Assembly (NCBI RefSeq): GCF_964213995.1
Contig: NC_135820.1
Span: 3,534,001-3,598,000 of the forward strand
DNA from: Mustelus asterias
Taxonomy: Eukaryota
DNA: 64,000 nt
Direction of reading: 5' to 3'
Below the pieces are notes generated by a model that saw only the letters and a program-made list of their open reading frames with translations, ran no database searches and was not told the origin of the DNA. Position 1 is the first letter of the stretch. The number at the start of each line of letters is the position of its first letter. A program made the translations under genes and the position numbers. Below are positions 1 to 12,450 of the stretch, one piece after another.

Positions 1-560
1 AAAATCAAGTTCCAGAATACTGATTAGAATGCGAATCCCTAAAGCCAGCCAGGTCTTAAAGGTACAGACAATGTGGGTGGAGGGAGCATTAAACACAGGT
101 TAAAGAGATGTGTATTGTCTCCAGGCAGAACAGCTAGTGAGATTCTGCAAGCCCAGGAGGCAAGCTGTGGGGGTTACTGATAATGTGACATAAATCCAAC
201 ATCCCGGTTTAGGCCGTCCTCATGTGTGCAGAACTTGGCTATCAGTTTCTGCTCAGCGACTCTGCGCTGTCGTGTGTCGTGAAGGCCGCCTTGGAGAACG
301 CTTACCTGAAGATCCAAGGCTGAATGCCCGTGACTGCTGAAGTGCTCCCCCACAGGAAGAGAACAGTCTTGCCTGGTGATTGTCGAGCGGTGTTCATTCA
401 TCCGTTGTCGTAGCGTCTGCATGGTTTCCCCAATGTACCATGCCTCGGGACACCCTTTCCTGCAGCGTATCAGGTGGACAATGAATTCCTGTGGTCGACT
501 CTTGCAACTCGGCCAACATTGTCTACCTGATACGCTGCAGGAAAGGGTGTCCCGAGGCAT
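1..560 (-). mobile_element. Penelope-like element 3' fragment (GIY-YIG endonuclease C-terminal region) with a 5' fold-back
   Basis: ORF 174..560(-) contains CPEAWYIGETMQTLRQRMNEH...EQKLIAKF..H.DGLNRD, typical of Penelope GIY-YIG; 440-483 and 517-560 form an inverted repeat. Confidence 0.85.
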
Positions 561-1744
561 GTGACACTAATAAATAAAGTTAAACTTCAAAGTTTCCCTC
601 ATATCTGCAATTTCCCAGTCCTGGGTGACAACATCCTCATAAATCTTCTCTGCACTCTCTTGAGTGAAACTGTATCCTTTCTGTGACAAGGCAACCAGAA
701 CTGTACAAAGCGCTCATGTTGTGACCTAACTAATGTTTTCTACAATTCCAGCATAACCTCCCTCCTCTTATATTCTGTACCACTGCTAATAAATGAAAAG
801 ATTCCACGTTCCCCGATCACCTCATCAGCCTGTCCTGATGCATTTTGGAATCTGTGGATACTAATAAATAAACATTAAACTTTAAAAAACTTTTGTTACT
901 CATGGAGTAAAAAGAGGATCAAGAAGGGCCTATGAATAAACTGATCTGAAAATGGGCAGTGTGAGGTTGGGTAAATATACTGATTCGTGAGAGGAATGTG
1001 AGACAAGTTCAAACACCTACGCAGTGGACTATAATCGACAATAAGGAAACAGGAGAGTTGTTAACGAATGTCTTGTGTCCACTTTCACTGCAGAGCAACC
1101 TGAAAGTGAGATCAGGGGCCCAAATTCAGTGGAGTCATTTGTGTTGAAAGATTGGCAGTGGAGTAAATCAAGTTTGGGGAATCTCTGTCAGTTGTGGGGA
1201 AGTGGCTGGGATCTATCATTAAGGATAAGCAGCTGTCTAAGTTCATAGTGATCAGTGAGTGCGGGTATGGGTGATTTACACTGTTGGATGTGTCTGGCGA
1301 AGCCTGTGTTGATTGTTATTTGAGGAAGTCACAAATCACCAGAGAGGAGAATATCGGTGCAACCTGCTGAGTTCACCCAACAGTCATCTGATAAAATCCA
1401 CTCACGAAATTGTCAGATTATTCAGAAAAAAATGAGGAAGTTGGAGGGGAATAAATAGATAGAAGGAGGAGTAGGCCATTCGGCCCTTCGAGCCTGCTCC
1501 GCCTTTCATTTTGATCATGGCTCATCATCAAATTCAATATCCTGATTCCCTCCCCTTCCTCCCATATCCCTCAATCCTTTTAGCCAAGAGCTATATCTAA
1601 TTTCATCTTGAAATCACAGAACGTTTTGGCCAAAACTACACTCTGTGGTAGTGAATTCCACACATTCACCACCCTCTGGGTGAAGAAATTTCTCCTCACC
1701 AAGACAGATAGATAGGCTGAGGGGTATGCAGAGAGATGGATATG

Positions 1745-1768
1745 CAGATAGCTAGATAGATAGATAGG

Positions 1769-1828
<60 letters not shown>
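1745..1828 (+). repeat. (GATA)n microsatellite
   Basis: Direct tetranucleotide run. Confidence 0.95.
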
Positions 1829-1926
1829 CATGTTGGATGATTGTTAGGGAGACAGATGAATGGAGAGATGAGCAGATGAATGAATGGAGGGAAAGAAGAC
1901 TGGGCAGACAGGGAGATAAGTACAAA

Positions 1927-2197
1927 ATCCCGGCTTGGGTCACTGTCTGTGTGGAGTTTGCACATTCTCCTCGTGTCTGCGTGGGTTTCCTCCGGGTGCT
2001 CCGGTTTCCTCCCACAGTCCAAAGATGTGCGGGTTAGGTTGATTGGCCAGGTTAAAAATTGCTCCTTAGAGTCCTGAGATGTGTAGGTTAGAGGGATTAG
2101 TGGGTAACTATGTGGGGGTAGGGCCTGGGTGGGATTGTGGTCGGTGCAGACGCGATGGGCCGAATGGCCTCCTTCTGCACTGTGGGGTTTCTATGAT
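1927..2197 (+). mobile_element. 5'-truncated HE1/V-SINE-like element, present in copy A only
   Basis: SINE core plus CR1-type tail gatgggccgaatggcctccttctgcactg; the paralogous site at ~6500 is empty. Confidence 0.85.
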
Positions 2198-2295
2198 GAT
2201 AGTCATGGCAGGTAGATAGATATTACAGACAGGCCGGCTATGTTATTAATTGTCCTCAAGCAAAGAAGTTTAATTCAACCTGAGAATACATGTCA

Positions 2296-2627
2296 CAGAA
2301 TAGAACCATAGAATCCCTACAGCGCAGAAGAAGGCCATTCGGCCCATCGAGTCTGCACCAACCACAATCCCACCCAGGCCCTATCCCCATAACTCCACTT
2401 ATTTACCCTGCTAGTCCTGCTGACACTAAGGAGCAATTTTCTATGGCCAATCCACCTAACCCGCACATCTTTGGACTGTGGGAGGAAACCGGAGCACGTG
2501 GAGGAAACCCATGCAGACACGGGGAGAACGTGCAAACTCCGCACAGACGGTGACCCCAAGCCAGGAATTGAATCCGATTCCTTGGCGCTGTGAGGCAGCA
2601 GTGCTAACCACTGTGCCACCGTGCCGC
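2296..2627 (-). mobile_element. HE1/V-SINE-like element
   Basis: Reverse complement of the tRNA-like head ggcacggtggcacagtggttagcactgctgcctcacagc, the core and the CR1 tail. Confidence 0.9.
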
Positions 2628-2645
2628 TGAAATGTCACCCCCTAG

Positions 2646-2810
2646 CTGCTGGGTTGTTCAGCACAGGCTCCCGGTGAGTTCCCGCCTGAACCTTCCCTCC
2701 TTGTGTGGATGGCCCACCTCTCGTGGACTGACACCAGCAGTGAAAGAGTTTGAGAATGGAACACTCGATGGCAGCATCCTCCTAAAGCTGATGTCCCTGC
2801 CCAGGTGCAA
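2646..2810 (+). pseudogene. Decayed Ig V-set exon relic (nectin-like), copy A
   Basis: Across frameshifts reads VSSRLNLPS / MAHLSWTDTSSE / FENGTLDGSILLKLMSL, paralleling AGARVLLPC / LVYVAWKKETEE / FRNNSPLDGSIVLNSL of the intact exon at 26457. Confidence 0.4.
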
Positions 2811-3444
2811 ATGCAATGGCATTTAAAAAAATAAATTAACACATGAAGGGGTCCCGAGCCTCAATCTGCCAGCCGACCCTTTCCCCTGAATGATTCATCC
2901 GATCCCCAAGGGCTGTCGCATGTTCGTTCTGAGCAGATCACGTCCCGAGCAACACTGTCAGAGATGTCACCGAGCTTGCATTGAAAAGACTGCACCATCG
3001 TCACACAAGAATATCTATCCTTTTATTAAATGATTAAATGCCTCTGAGCCGCACTTCCCTATTTTGTCTATTTTAGTTATCAGTGAATATAACCTTCTCC
3101 TTATTGGCAACACGTCTCATCCCCATGGCCATGACTGAATGAGGTTTGGGAAAAGTGATCTATCTGCAGCATATATATCCATACCGTTTTGTACAGGGCG
3201 GATCCACAAATTACATGATATACCCCCCACACACTCCACCCAACCCCAACCCCCTCACCCCCCCGCCCCACCCCACCCTCCACCTCCCACCCCCCCATTA
3301 ACAAAGGGGAAGTGAGGAGATAGAAGTATATTTAGGAAGTGGTGTGGTAATGCTAAAATGGCTGAATAAGTTGAAAGAAGAAAGAATCTCAGAATCCTAC
3401 AGTGCAGAAGGAGGCCATTCGGCCCATCGAGCCTGCACCCAAGA

Positions 3445-3945
3445 ACAAAGGGACTTTAGCATGTTTGCCCATAGATCTCTGTAGGTGGAAAGGCAGGTTA
3501 ATAGGGAGGTGAAAAAGGCATAGGGCACACTCGCCTTTATCAATTGGGTCACAGATTACAAAAGCAGAGAGGTCATGATGGAGTTGTATAGAACTTTGGT
3601 GAGGCCACAGCTGGAGTACTGTGTGCAGTTCTGGTCACCACATTATAGGAAGGACGTGATTGCACTGGAGGGGGTGCAGAGGAGATTCACCCGGATGCTG
3701 CCTGGGATGGAACATTTAAGTTAGGAAGAGAGGTTGGATAGACTTGGGTTGTTTTCATTGGAGCAGAGAAAACTGAGGGGTGACCTGAGTGAGGCGTTCA
3801 AGATTATGAAGGGCATGGACAGGGGGAAAGGGAGCAGCTGTTCCCCTTCGTTGAAGGGTCAGTTGAAAGAGGACACAAGTTAAAAGTGAAGGGTGGGAGG
3901 TTTAGGGGGGATTAAAGAAGAACTGTTTTACTCAGGGGGTGGTGA
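3445..3945 (+). mobile_element. CR1 LINE RT 3' fragment (degenerate)
   Basis: LYRTLVRPQLEYCVQFWSPHYRKD motif, with stops. Confidence 0.85.
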
Positions 3946-4104
3946 CGTACCTGTGTGAGTACTTGGCACGCCATAACATTCAAGGCTACGGGCCAAGTGC
4001 TGGCACGTGGCATTAAGTGGGCAGGCCAGGGCATTTCATGCGTCATTGAAGACACAATGGGCCAAAGGGCTATTCCTGCACTGTAGTATTCTGTGATTCT
4101 GTGC

Positions 4105-4375
4105 ACGGACAACAATCCCAGCCTGGCTCTATCCCCGTAACACCAAATATTTACCCTGTTAATCCCCCTGACACTGAGGGTAAATTTAGCATGGACAATC
4201 CACCTAACCCACACATCTTTGGACTGTGGGAGGAACTGGAGCATGCGGAGGACACCCACGCAGACACGGGGAGAATGTGCAAACTCCACATAGACAGAGA
4301 CCCAAGCCGGGAATCGAATCTGGGTCTCTGGCGCTGTGAGGTGGCAGTGCCAACCACTGTGCCACTTTGGTGCCC
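4105..4375 (-). mobile_element. HE1/V-SINE-like element
   Basis: SINE head and core, reverse complement. Confidence 0.85.
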
Positions 4376-4818
4376 CATCAGTTTAACTAGAAAGAAAGGG
4401 GAAGGGGAATTTTACAGTAGCTTCATTGCAGTGTTAATGTAAGCCGAGTTCTGACACTGATAAAGAAACTTTAAAATTGCTGAAATTTTAAGTTGTTCTC
4501 TCTCATTGTTCTGATTAACTTCACAGTTCTTCCTAACCCAGCAGTGTTACTTTCTCTGACTTCACCCCATGGTATGTTGCAGCAGTTGGATTTGGATTCT
4601 GTATAGTTCCAGGTTCCAGTGCAGTTTCAACTCGGAGGTAAATCTATAACATCCAGTTTCTCACTGTCCATTGTCACAAGAAAGGGACAGTTAAAATAAG
4701 ATTATTCCGTTCCTCACTAGTTCAACTGATGCAAAGTACTCAAATGCTAAAAAAAAGAAACTATACGAAAGACAACTCTACTAAAAATAACAACATGCTA
4801 AAAATAACAGCAACAAAG

Positions 4819-5125
4819 GCCGGCACAGTGTACAGTGGCTGGCACTGCTGTCTCACAGCGACAGGGACCTGGGTTTGATTCTGGCCTTGGGTCACCGTCC
4901 GTGTGGAGTCTGCACATTCTCCCCGTGTCTGCGTGAGTTTCCTCCGGGTGCTCCGGTTTCCTCCCACAGTCTGAAAGACGTGCTGGTTAGGTTTATTGGC
5001 CATGCTAAATTCTCCCACAGTGTACCCGAACAGGCGCCGGAGTGTGGCGACAAGGGGACTTTCACAGTAACTTCATTGTAGTGTTAGTGTAAGCCTACTT
5101 GTGACACTAATATGTAAACTTAAAC
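4819..5125 (+). mobile_element. V-SINE-like element with alternative (type B) tail
   Basis: Same head and core, but the tail is ttcacagtaacttcattg...cttgtgacactaat. Confidence 0.85.
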
Positions 5126-6645
5126 TTCAAACTTTCCCTCCTCGCTGCAATTTCCCAGTCCTGGGTGACAACATCCTCATAAATCTTCCCTGCACCCTCT
5201 TGAGTGAAACTGTATCCTTTCTGTGACAAGGCAACCAGAGCTGTACAAAGCGCTCATGTTGTGGCCTAACTAATGTTTTATACAATTCCAGCATAACCTC
5301 CCTACTCTTATATTCTGTACCACTGCTAATAAATGAAAAGATTCCACGTTCCCCGATCACCTCATCAGCCTGTTCTGATGCATTCCGGGATCTGTGGACA
5401 CTAATAAATAAACATTAAACTTTAAAAAACTTTTGTTACTCATGGAGTAAAAAGAGGATCAAGAAGGGCCTATGAATAAACTGATCTGAAAACGGGCAGT
5501 GTGAGGTTGGGTCGATATAGTGCTTTGTGAGAGGAATGTGAGACAAGTTCAAACACCTACGCAGTGGACTATAATCGACAATAAGGAAACGGGAGAGTTG
5601 TTAATGAATGTCTTGTGTCCACTTTCACAGCAGAGCAACCTGAAAGTGAGATCAGGGGCCCAAATTCAGTGGAGTCATTTGTGTTGAAAGATTGGCAGTG
5701 GAGTAAATCAAGTTTGGGGAATCTCTGTCAGTTGTCGGGAAGTGGCTGGGATCTATCATTAAGGATAAGCAGCTGTCTAAGTTCATAGTGATCAGTGGGT
5801 GCGGGTATGGGTGATTTACACTGTTGGATGTGTCTGGCGAAGCCTGTGTTGATTGTTATTTGAGGAAGTCACAAATCACCAGAGAGGAGAATATCGGTGC
5901 AACCTACTGAGTTCACCCAACAGTCATCTGATAAAATCCACTCACGCAATTGTCAGATTATTCAGAAACAAATGAGGAAGTAGGAGGGGAATAAATAGAT
6001 AGAAGGAGGAGTAGGCCATTCGGCCCTTCGAGCCTGCTCTGCCTTTCATTTTGACCATTGCTGATCATCGAAGTCAATATCCTGATTCCCTCCCCTTCCT
6101 CCCATATCCCTCGATCCCTTTAGCCCCTAGAGCGATGTCTAATTTCATCTTGAAATCACACAACATTTTGGCCTCAACTACTTTCTGTGGTAGTGAATTC
6201 CACACATTCACCACCCTCTGGGTGAAGAAATTTCTACTCACCTAGATAGATAGATAGGCCGAGAGATATGCAGAGAGATGGATATGCAAAGAGATGGATA
6301 TGCAAAGAGATGGATATGCAAAGAGATGGTTATGCCCAGAAATGGATATGCAGAGAGATAGATAGATAGATAAATAAAAGATAGATAGATAACAGACATG
6401 TTGGATGATTGTTAGGGAGACAGATGAATGGAGAGACGAGCGGATGGATGAATGGAGGGAAAGAAGACTGGGCAGATGGGCAGACAGGGAGATAAGTAGA
6501 TAGACATGGCAGGTAGATAGATATGACAGACAGGCCGGCTATGTTATTAATTGTCCTCAAGCAAAGAACTTTAATTCAACCTGAGAATGCATGTCATAGA
6601 ATAGAACCTCAGAATCCCTACAGCGCAGAAGAAGGCCATTCGGCC

Positions 6646-8097
6646 AGGTGAGGTCCCTGAGGATTGGAGGATAGCGAATGTGGTCCCGTTGTTTAAGAAG
6701 GGTAGCAGGGATAACCCAGGAAATTATAGGCCGGTGAGCTTGATGTTCGTGGTAGGGAAGTTGTTGGAGAGGATTCTTAGAGACAGGATGTATGTGCATT
6801 TAGAACAGAACAATCTCATTAGTGACAGACAGCATGGTTTTGTAAGAGGGAGGTCGTGCCTTACAAATTTGGTAGAGTTTTTTGAGGAAGTGACAAAAAC
6901 GGTTGATGAAGGAAGGGCCGTGGATGTCGTCTATATGGATTTCAGTAAGGCATTTGACAAAGTCCCAAATGGCAGGTTGGTTAAGAAGGTTAAGGCTCAT
7001 GGGATGCAAGGAGAAGTGGCTAGGTGGGTGGAGAACTGGCTTGGCCATAGGAGACAGAGGGTAGTGGTCGAAGGGTCTTTTTCCGACTGGAGGTCTGTGA
7101 CCAGTGGTGTTCCGCAGGGCTCTGTACTGGGACCTCTGCTATTTGTGATATATATAAATGATTTGGAAGAAGGTGTAACTGGTGTAATCAGCAAGTTTGC
7201 GGATGACACGAAGATGGCTGGACTTGCGGATAGCGAAGAGCATTGTCGGGCAATACAGCAGGATATAGATAGGCTGGAAAATTGGGCGGAGAGGTGGCAG
7301 ATGGAGTTTAATCCGGATAAATGCGAAGTGATGCATTTTGGAAGAAATATTGTAGGGAGGAGTTATACAATAAATGGCAGAGCCATCAGGAGTATAGAAA
7401 CACAGAGGGACCTAGGTGTGCAAGTCCACAAATCCTTGAAGGTGGCAACACAGGTGGAGAAGGTGGTGAAGAAGGCATATGGTATGCTTGCCTTTATAGG
7501 ACGGGGTATAGAGTATAAAAGCTGGAGTCTGGTGATGCAGCTGTATAGAACGCTGGTTAGGCCACATTTGGAGTACTGCGTCCAGTTCTGGTTGCCGCAC
7601 TACCAGAAGGACGTGGAGGCATTAGAGAGAGTGCAGAGAAGGTTTACCTGGATGTTGCCTGGTATGGAGGGTCTTAGCTATGAGGAGAGATTGGGTAAAC
7701 TGGGGTTGTTCTCCCTGGAAAGACGGAGAATGAGGGGAGATCTAATAGAGGTGTACAAGATTATGAAGGGGATAGATAGGGTGAACGGTGGGAAACTTTT
7801 TCCCAGATCAGAAGTGACGTTCACGAGGGGTCACGGGCTCAAGGTGAGAGGGGCGAAGTATAACTCAGATATTAGAGGGATGTTTTTTACACAGAGGGTG
7901 GTGGGGGCCTGGAATGCGCTGCCAAGTAGGGTGGTGGAGGCAGGCACGCTGACATCGTTTAAGACTTACCTGGGTAGTCACATGAGCAGACTGGGAATGG
8001 AGGGATACAAACGATTGGTCTAGTTGGACCAAGGAGTGGCACAGGCTGGGGGGCCGAAGGGCCTGTTTCCTGTGCTGTACTGTTCTTTGTTCTTTGT
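6646..8097 (+). mobile_element. Young 5'-truncated CR1 LINE with an uninterrupted 447-codon RT C-terminal ORF (6680-8023)
   Basis: [30 protein letters not shown] and KFADDTK motifs; (TTCTTTG)n tail; inserted in a SINE tail that is uninterrupted in copy A. Confidence 0.95.
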
Positions 8098-8377
8098 ATC
8101 AAGTCTGCACCAAGCACAATCCCACCCAGGCCCTATCCCCATAACTCTGCCTATTTACCCTGCTGGTCCTGCTGACACTAAGGGGCAATTTTCTATGGCC
8201 AATCCACCTAACCCGCACATCTTTGGACTGTGGGAGGAAACCGGAGCACGTGGAGGAAACCCACACAGACACGGGGAGAACGTGCAAACTCCGCACAGAC
8301 GGTGACCCAAGCCGGGAATCGAACCCGGATCCCTGGCGCTGTGAGGCAGCAGTGTTAACCGCTGTGCCACCGTGCCG
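8098..8377 (-). mobile_element. HE1/V-SINE-like element (split by the CR1; its tail is at 6593-6645)
   Basis: Paralog of 2296-2627. Confidence 0.9.
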
Positions 8378-8395
8378 CTGAAATTTCACCCCTAG

Positions 8396-8560
8396 CTGCT
8401 GGGTTGTTCAGCACAGGCTCCCGGTGAGTTCCCGCCTGAACCTTCCCTCCTTGTGTGGATGGCCCACCTCTCGTGGACTGACACCAGCAGTGAAAGAGTT
8501 TGAGAATGGAACACTCGATGGCAGCATCCTCCTAAAGCTGATGTCCCTGCCCAGGTGCAA
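8396..8560 (+). pseudogene. Decayed Ig V-set exon relic, copy B
   Basis: Duplicate of 2646-2810. Confidence 0.4.
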
Positions 8561-10032
8561 ATGCAATGGCATTTTAAAAAATAAATTGACACATGAAGGG
8601 GCCCCGAGCCTCAATCTGCCAGCCGACCCTTTCCCCTGAATGATTCATCCGATCCCCAAGGGCTGTCGCATGTTCGTTCTGAGCAGATCACGTCCCCAGC
8701 AACACTGTCAGAGATGTCACCGAGCTTGCATTGAAAAGACTGCACCATCGTCACACAAGAATATCTATCCTTTTATTAAATGGTTAAATGCCTCTGAGCC
8801 GCACTTCCCTATTTTGTCTATTTTAGTTATCAGTGAATATAACCTTCTCCTTATTGGCAACACGTCTCATCCCCATGGCCATGACTGAATGGGGTTTGGG
8901 AAAAGTGATCTATCTGCAGCATATATATCCATACCGTTTTGTACAGGGCGGATCTACAAATTACATGATATACCCCCCACACCCTCCACCCAACCCCAAC
9001 CCCCTCACCCCCCCACCTCCCACCCTCCACCTCCCACCCCCCCCCAATAACAAAGGGGAAGTGAGGAGATAGAAGTATATTTAGGAAGTGGCTTGGTAAT
9101 GCTAAAATGGCTGAATAAGTTGAAAGAAGAAAGAATCTCAGAATCCTACAGTGCAGAAGGAGGCCATTCGGCCCATCGAGCCTGCTCCCGAAGAACAAAG
9201 GGACTTTAGCATGTTTGGCCGTAGATCTCTGAAGGTGGAAAGGCAGGTTAATCGGGAGGTGAAAAAGGCATAGGGCACACTCGCATTTATCAATCGGGGC
9301 ATAGATTACAAAAGCAGAGAGGTCATGATGGAGTTGTATAGAACTTTGGTGAGGCCACAGCTGGAGTACTGTGTGCAGTTCTGGTCTCCACATTACAGGA
9401 AGGATTTGAACGCAGTGGAGGGGGTGCAGGGGAGATTCACCAGGATGCTGCCTCGGTGAGTCCTTGGCACGTCATAACATTCAAGGCAATGGGCCACGTG
9501 CTGGCAAGTGGGATTAAGTGGGCAGGCCGGGGCATTTCATGCGTCAGTGAAGACTCAATGGGCCGAAGAGCTATTGCTGTGATTCTGTGCACGGACAACA
9601 ATCCCAGCCTGGCTCTATCCCCGTAACCACAAGTATTTACCCTGTTAATCCCCCTGACACTGAGGGTAAATTTAGCATGGCCAATCCACCTAACCCGCAC
9701 ATCTTTGGACTGTGGGAGGAAACCGGAGCACCCGGAGTAAACCCACGCAGACACGGGGAGAATGTGCAGATTCTGCACAGATAGTGACCCAAGGCCAGCA
9801 TTGAACCCGGGTCCCTGGCACTGTGAGGCAGCAGTGCTAATCGCTGTACCACTGTATCGCCCCTATTTGAATGTAGGGAGGGGGAAGGGGGGGTACGAAC
9901 AGAGTAACTTCTTCACATAAATCTTTGTGAGCCAAATTTATTAATCTGTTAATTAGAACAGAGACCCTGAGATTTAGAAAAACATCCAGCTATTGCTAAA
10001 CACTATAAGCACTGCTGCCCCAGCTAGGATAC

Positions 10033-10218
10033 TGGCCGAGATTCTCCAGCCTCCCAGCCGTGTGTTTCCTGCCGGCGGGAGGTGGCACCTTGTTTGCTAG
10101 CGGCGGAATTCCCATTGACATCTCCATCCCCACACCGGTGGGACACCCGTGGGTGGGGGTGCACTGCTGACGGGACTGGAGAATGCCACCGGTGTGAATG
10201 GCCAGAGAATTCTGGCCA
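10033..10218. mobile_element. Short GC-rich MITE-like element
   Basis: Imperfect terminal inverted repeats tggccgagattctc / gagaattctggcca; related sequence at 28330-28522. Confidence 0.55.
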
Positions 10219-10414
10219 CTGTGTCCAATTCTGGCTCCTGCACTTTAGGAAGGAGGCCAAGGCTTCAGAGAGGGTGTGGAGGAGATTAAGCGGAGTGCTC
10301 CCAGGGATGAGGGGACTTCATTTAATATCAGAGAGACGGGGAGAAGCTGGGATCGTTCTCCTTGGAGCAAAGAAGGTTAAGGGGGAGATTGAATCAAGGC
10401 GTTCATAATCATGA

Positions 10415-10735
10415 GGTGCCGCGGTGACATAGTGGTTAGCGCTGCTGCCTCACAGCGTCAGGGACCCGGGTTCCAATCTAGCCTGGGGTCACTGTCTGTG
10501 CGATGATGGCACGTTCTCCCCGTGTCTGTGTGGGTTTCCTCCGGGTGCTCCGATTTCCTCCCACAGTCCAAAGGACGTGTGGGTTAGGTTGACTGGCCAT
10601 GGTAAATTGACTCTCGTGTCAGGGAAATTAGCAGGGTAAAGGTGTGGGTTACAGGGATACTGCCTGAGTGGGGTTGTGGTCGGTACAGACTCGATGGGCC
10701 GAATGGGCTCCTTCTGTACTGTCGGGATTCTATAA
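10415..10735 (+). mobile_element. HE1/V-SINE-like element
   Basis: Head, core and CR1-type tail. Confidence 0.85.
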
Positions 10736-11202
10736 TAGATTCTAGAGGATAGAGTGCATGAGAAGAAAGTATTTCCAGTGACAGGAGGGTGGGTAACCAG
10801 AGGGGGACACAGATTGAAGAGAATCAGGAAAAGAACCAGAGGTGCGGGAAGATGAGGGGGATTTATATTTAAACGCAGAAAATTGTGATCTGGAAGGAAC
10901 TGCCTGAAAGGGCGATGGAAGCAGATTCAAGAGGAACTTTCAAAAAGGGGGAATTGGGGAAATACTTGGAAAGTATTACAGGGAACAAACGTGGGAGTTT
11001 GGGAATCAGGAGTAGGCCTTTCATTCCTTGCAGCCTGCTTTGCCATTCGATAAGATGGCGGCTGATCTGAGCGTGTCTCAGTTCCACTCCCCTCTCTGGC
11101 CCTTTCTCCCGCCCATCAGTGAAAAATCAGTGTAACTCAGCCTTCAATATCTTCAGTGACCCACAGCCCAGACTGTGCTCTGTGATCAGCAGCCCCCTGA
11201 GA

Positions 11203-11527
11203 GAATCATAGAAACCCTACACTGCAGAAGGAGGCTATTCGGCCCATCGAGTCTGTACTGACCACAATACCACCCAGTCCCTATTCCCGTAATCCCACAT
11301 ATTTACCCTGCTAACCCCCCAACACAAAGGAGCAATTTAGCACGGCCAATCAACCTAACCCACACATCTTTGGAGTGTGGGAGGGAACCGGAGCCCCCAG
11401 AGGAAACTCACGCAGACACTGGGAGAATGTACAGACATCTGCACAGACAGTGACCCAAGGCTGGAATTGAACCTGGGATCCTTGTGCTTTGAGGCAGCAG
11501 TGCTCACCACTGTGCCAGCGTGCCGCC
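11203..11527 (-). mobile_element. HE1/V-SINE-like element
   Basis: Head, core and tail, reverse complement. Confidence 0.85.
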
Positions 11528-11879
11528 TCATCTCCTCACTTCCTCATCTCCGACTTAAATGGGAGATCTCCCATTCTGAAACCTTAACCCCTGGTTCTTG
11601 TCTCCCACAACATTGTAAACATCCTCCCTCTCAAATCCCACTCTGAACCTTTGTTTCAATAAGATCGCCGCTCATTCTTCTGTGCCTCGATACGTGGACT
11701 AGAAGTTCAACACCCCGGGCTTGGTGTCTGCCTCTAGGAGTTGTTCTAATCAACTGGGAGCACTTCTCCGCTACGCCCCCGTAGTGTGGGATTTCCCAAA
11801 TCCCGCCTTCCCTGACCTGAAATTTCCACCAGGAATCAACGAACCTTTCAGTATGAATAATCCTCAGGGGGTAACAATC

Positions 11880-12445
11880 CACAGGTGGATAGGGTCGTAA
11901 AGAGTGCCTTTGGTACATTTTTATAAATCGGAGTATCGAGTATAAAAGTTGGAGTGTTATCGTAAGGTTATATAAGGCATTGGTGAGGCCGAATTTGGAG
12001 TATTGTGTACAGTTTTGGTCACCTAGTTACAGGAAGAATGTAAATAAGGTTGAAAGAGTGCAGAGAAGGTTCACAAGGATGTTGCCGGGACTTGAGAAGC
12101 TGAGTTACAGAGAGAGATTGAATAGGTTGAGACTTTATTCCCTGGAGCTTAGAAGATTGAGGGGAGATTTGATAGAGGTGTATAAGATTTTGATGGGTAT
12201 AGATAGAGTGAATGCAAGCAGGCTTTTTCCACTGAGGCGAGGGGAGAAAAAACCAGAGGGCATGGGTTAAGGGTGAAAGGAGAAAAGTTTAAAGGGAATA
12301 TTAGGGGGGGCTTCTTCACGCAGAGAGTGGTGGGAGTGTGGAATGAGCTGCCGGATAAAGTGGTAAATGCGAGGGTCACTTTTAACATTTAAGAAAAACT
12401 TGGACGGGTTCATGGATGAGAGGGGTGTGGAGGGATATGGTTCAA
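11880..12445 (+). mobile_element. CR1 LINE 3' fragment
   Basis: LVRPNLEYCVQFWSP...RLRGDLIEVYK; FFTQRVV. Confidence 0.9.
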
Positions 12446-12450
12446 GTTAC

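Larger units (their letters stand above)
561..4378. repeat. Tandem segmental duplication, copy A (paralog of 5101-9862)
   Basis: Colinear near-identity from gtgacactaa...tttcccagtcctgggtgacaac (561 vs 5101) through to the SINE ends at ~4375 vs ~9862. Confidence 0.9.
5101..9862. repeat. Tandem segmental duplication, copy B
   Basis: Paralog of 561-4378; carries an extra CR1 (6646-8097), lacks the SINE at 1927-2197 and lacks ~250 bp of the CR1 at ~3700-3955. Confidence 0.9.

Noticed and set aside
6680-8023. 447-aa ORF as a host gene or domesticated RT
   Set aside because: 5'-truncated CR1 with a microsatellite tail, absent from the paralogous site
11788-11797. Perfect NF-kB-like site GGGATTTCCC (another at 63064-63074)
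   Set aside because: Isolated 10-11-mers with no linked promoter evidence; could occur by chance
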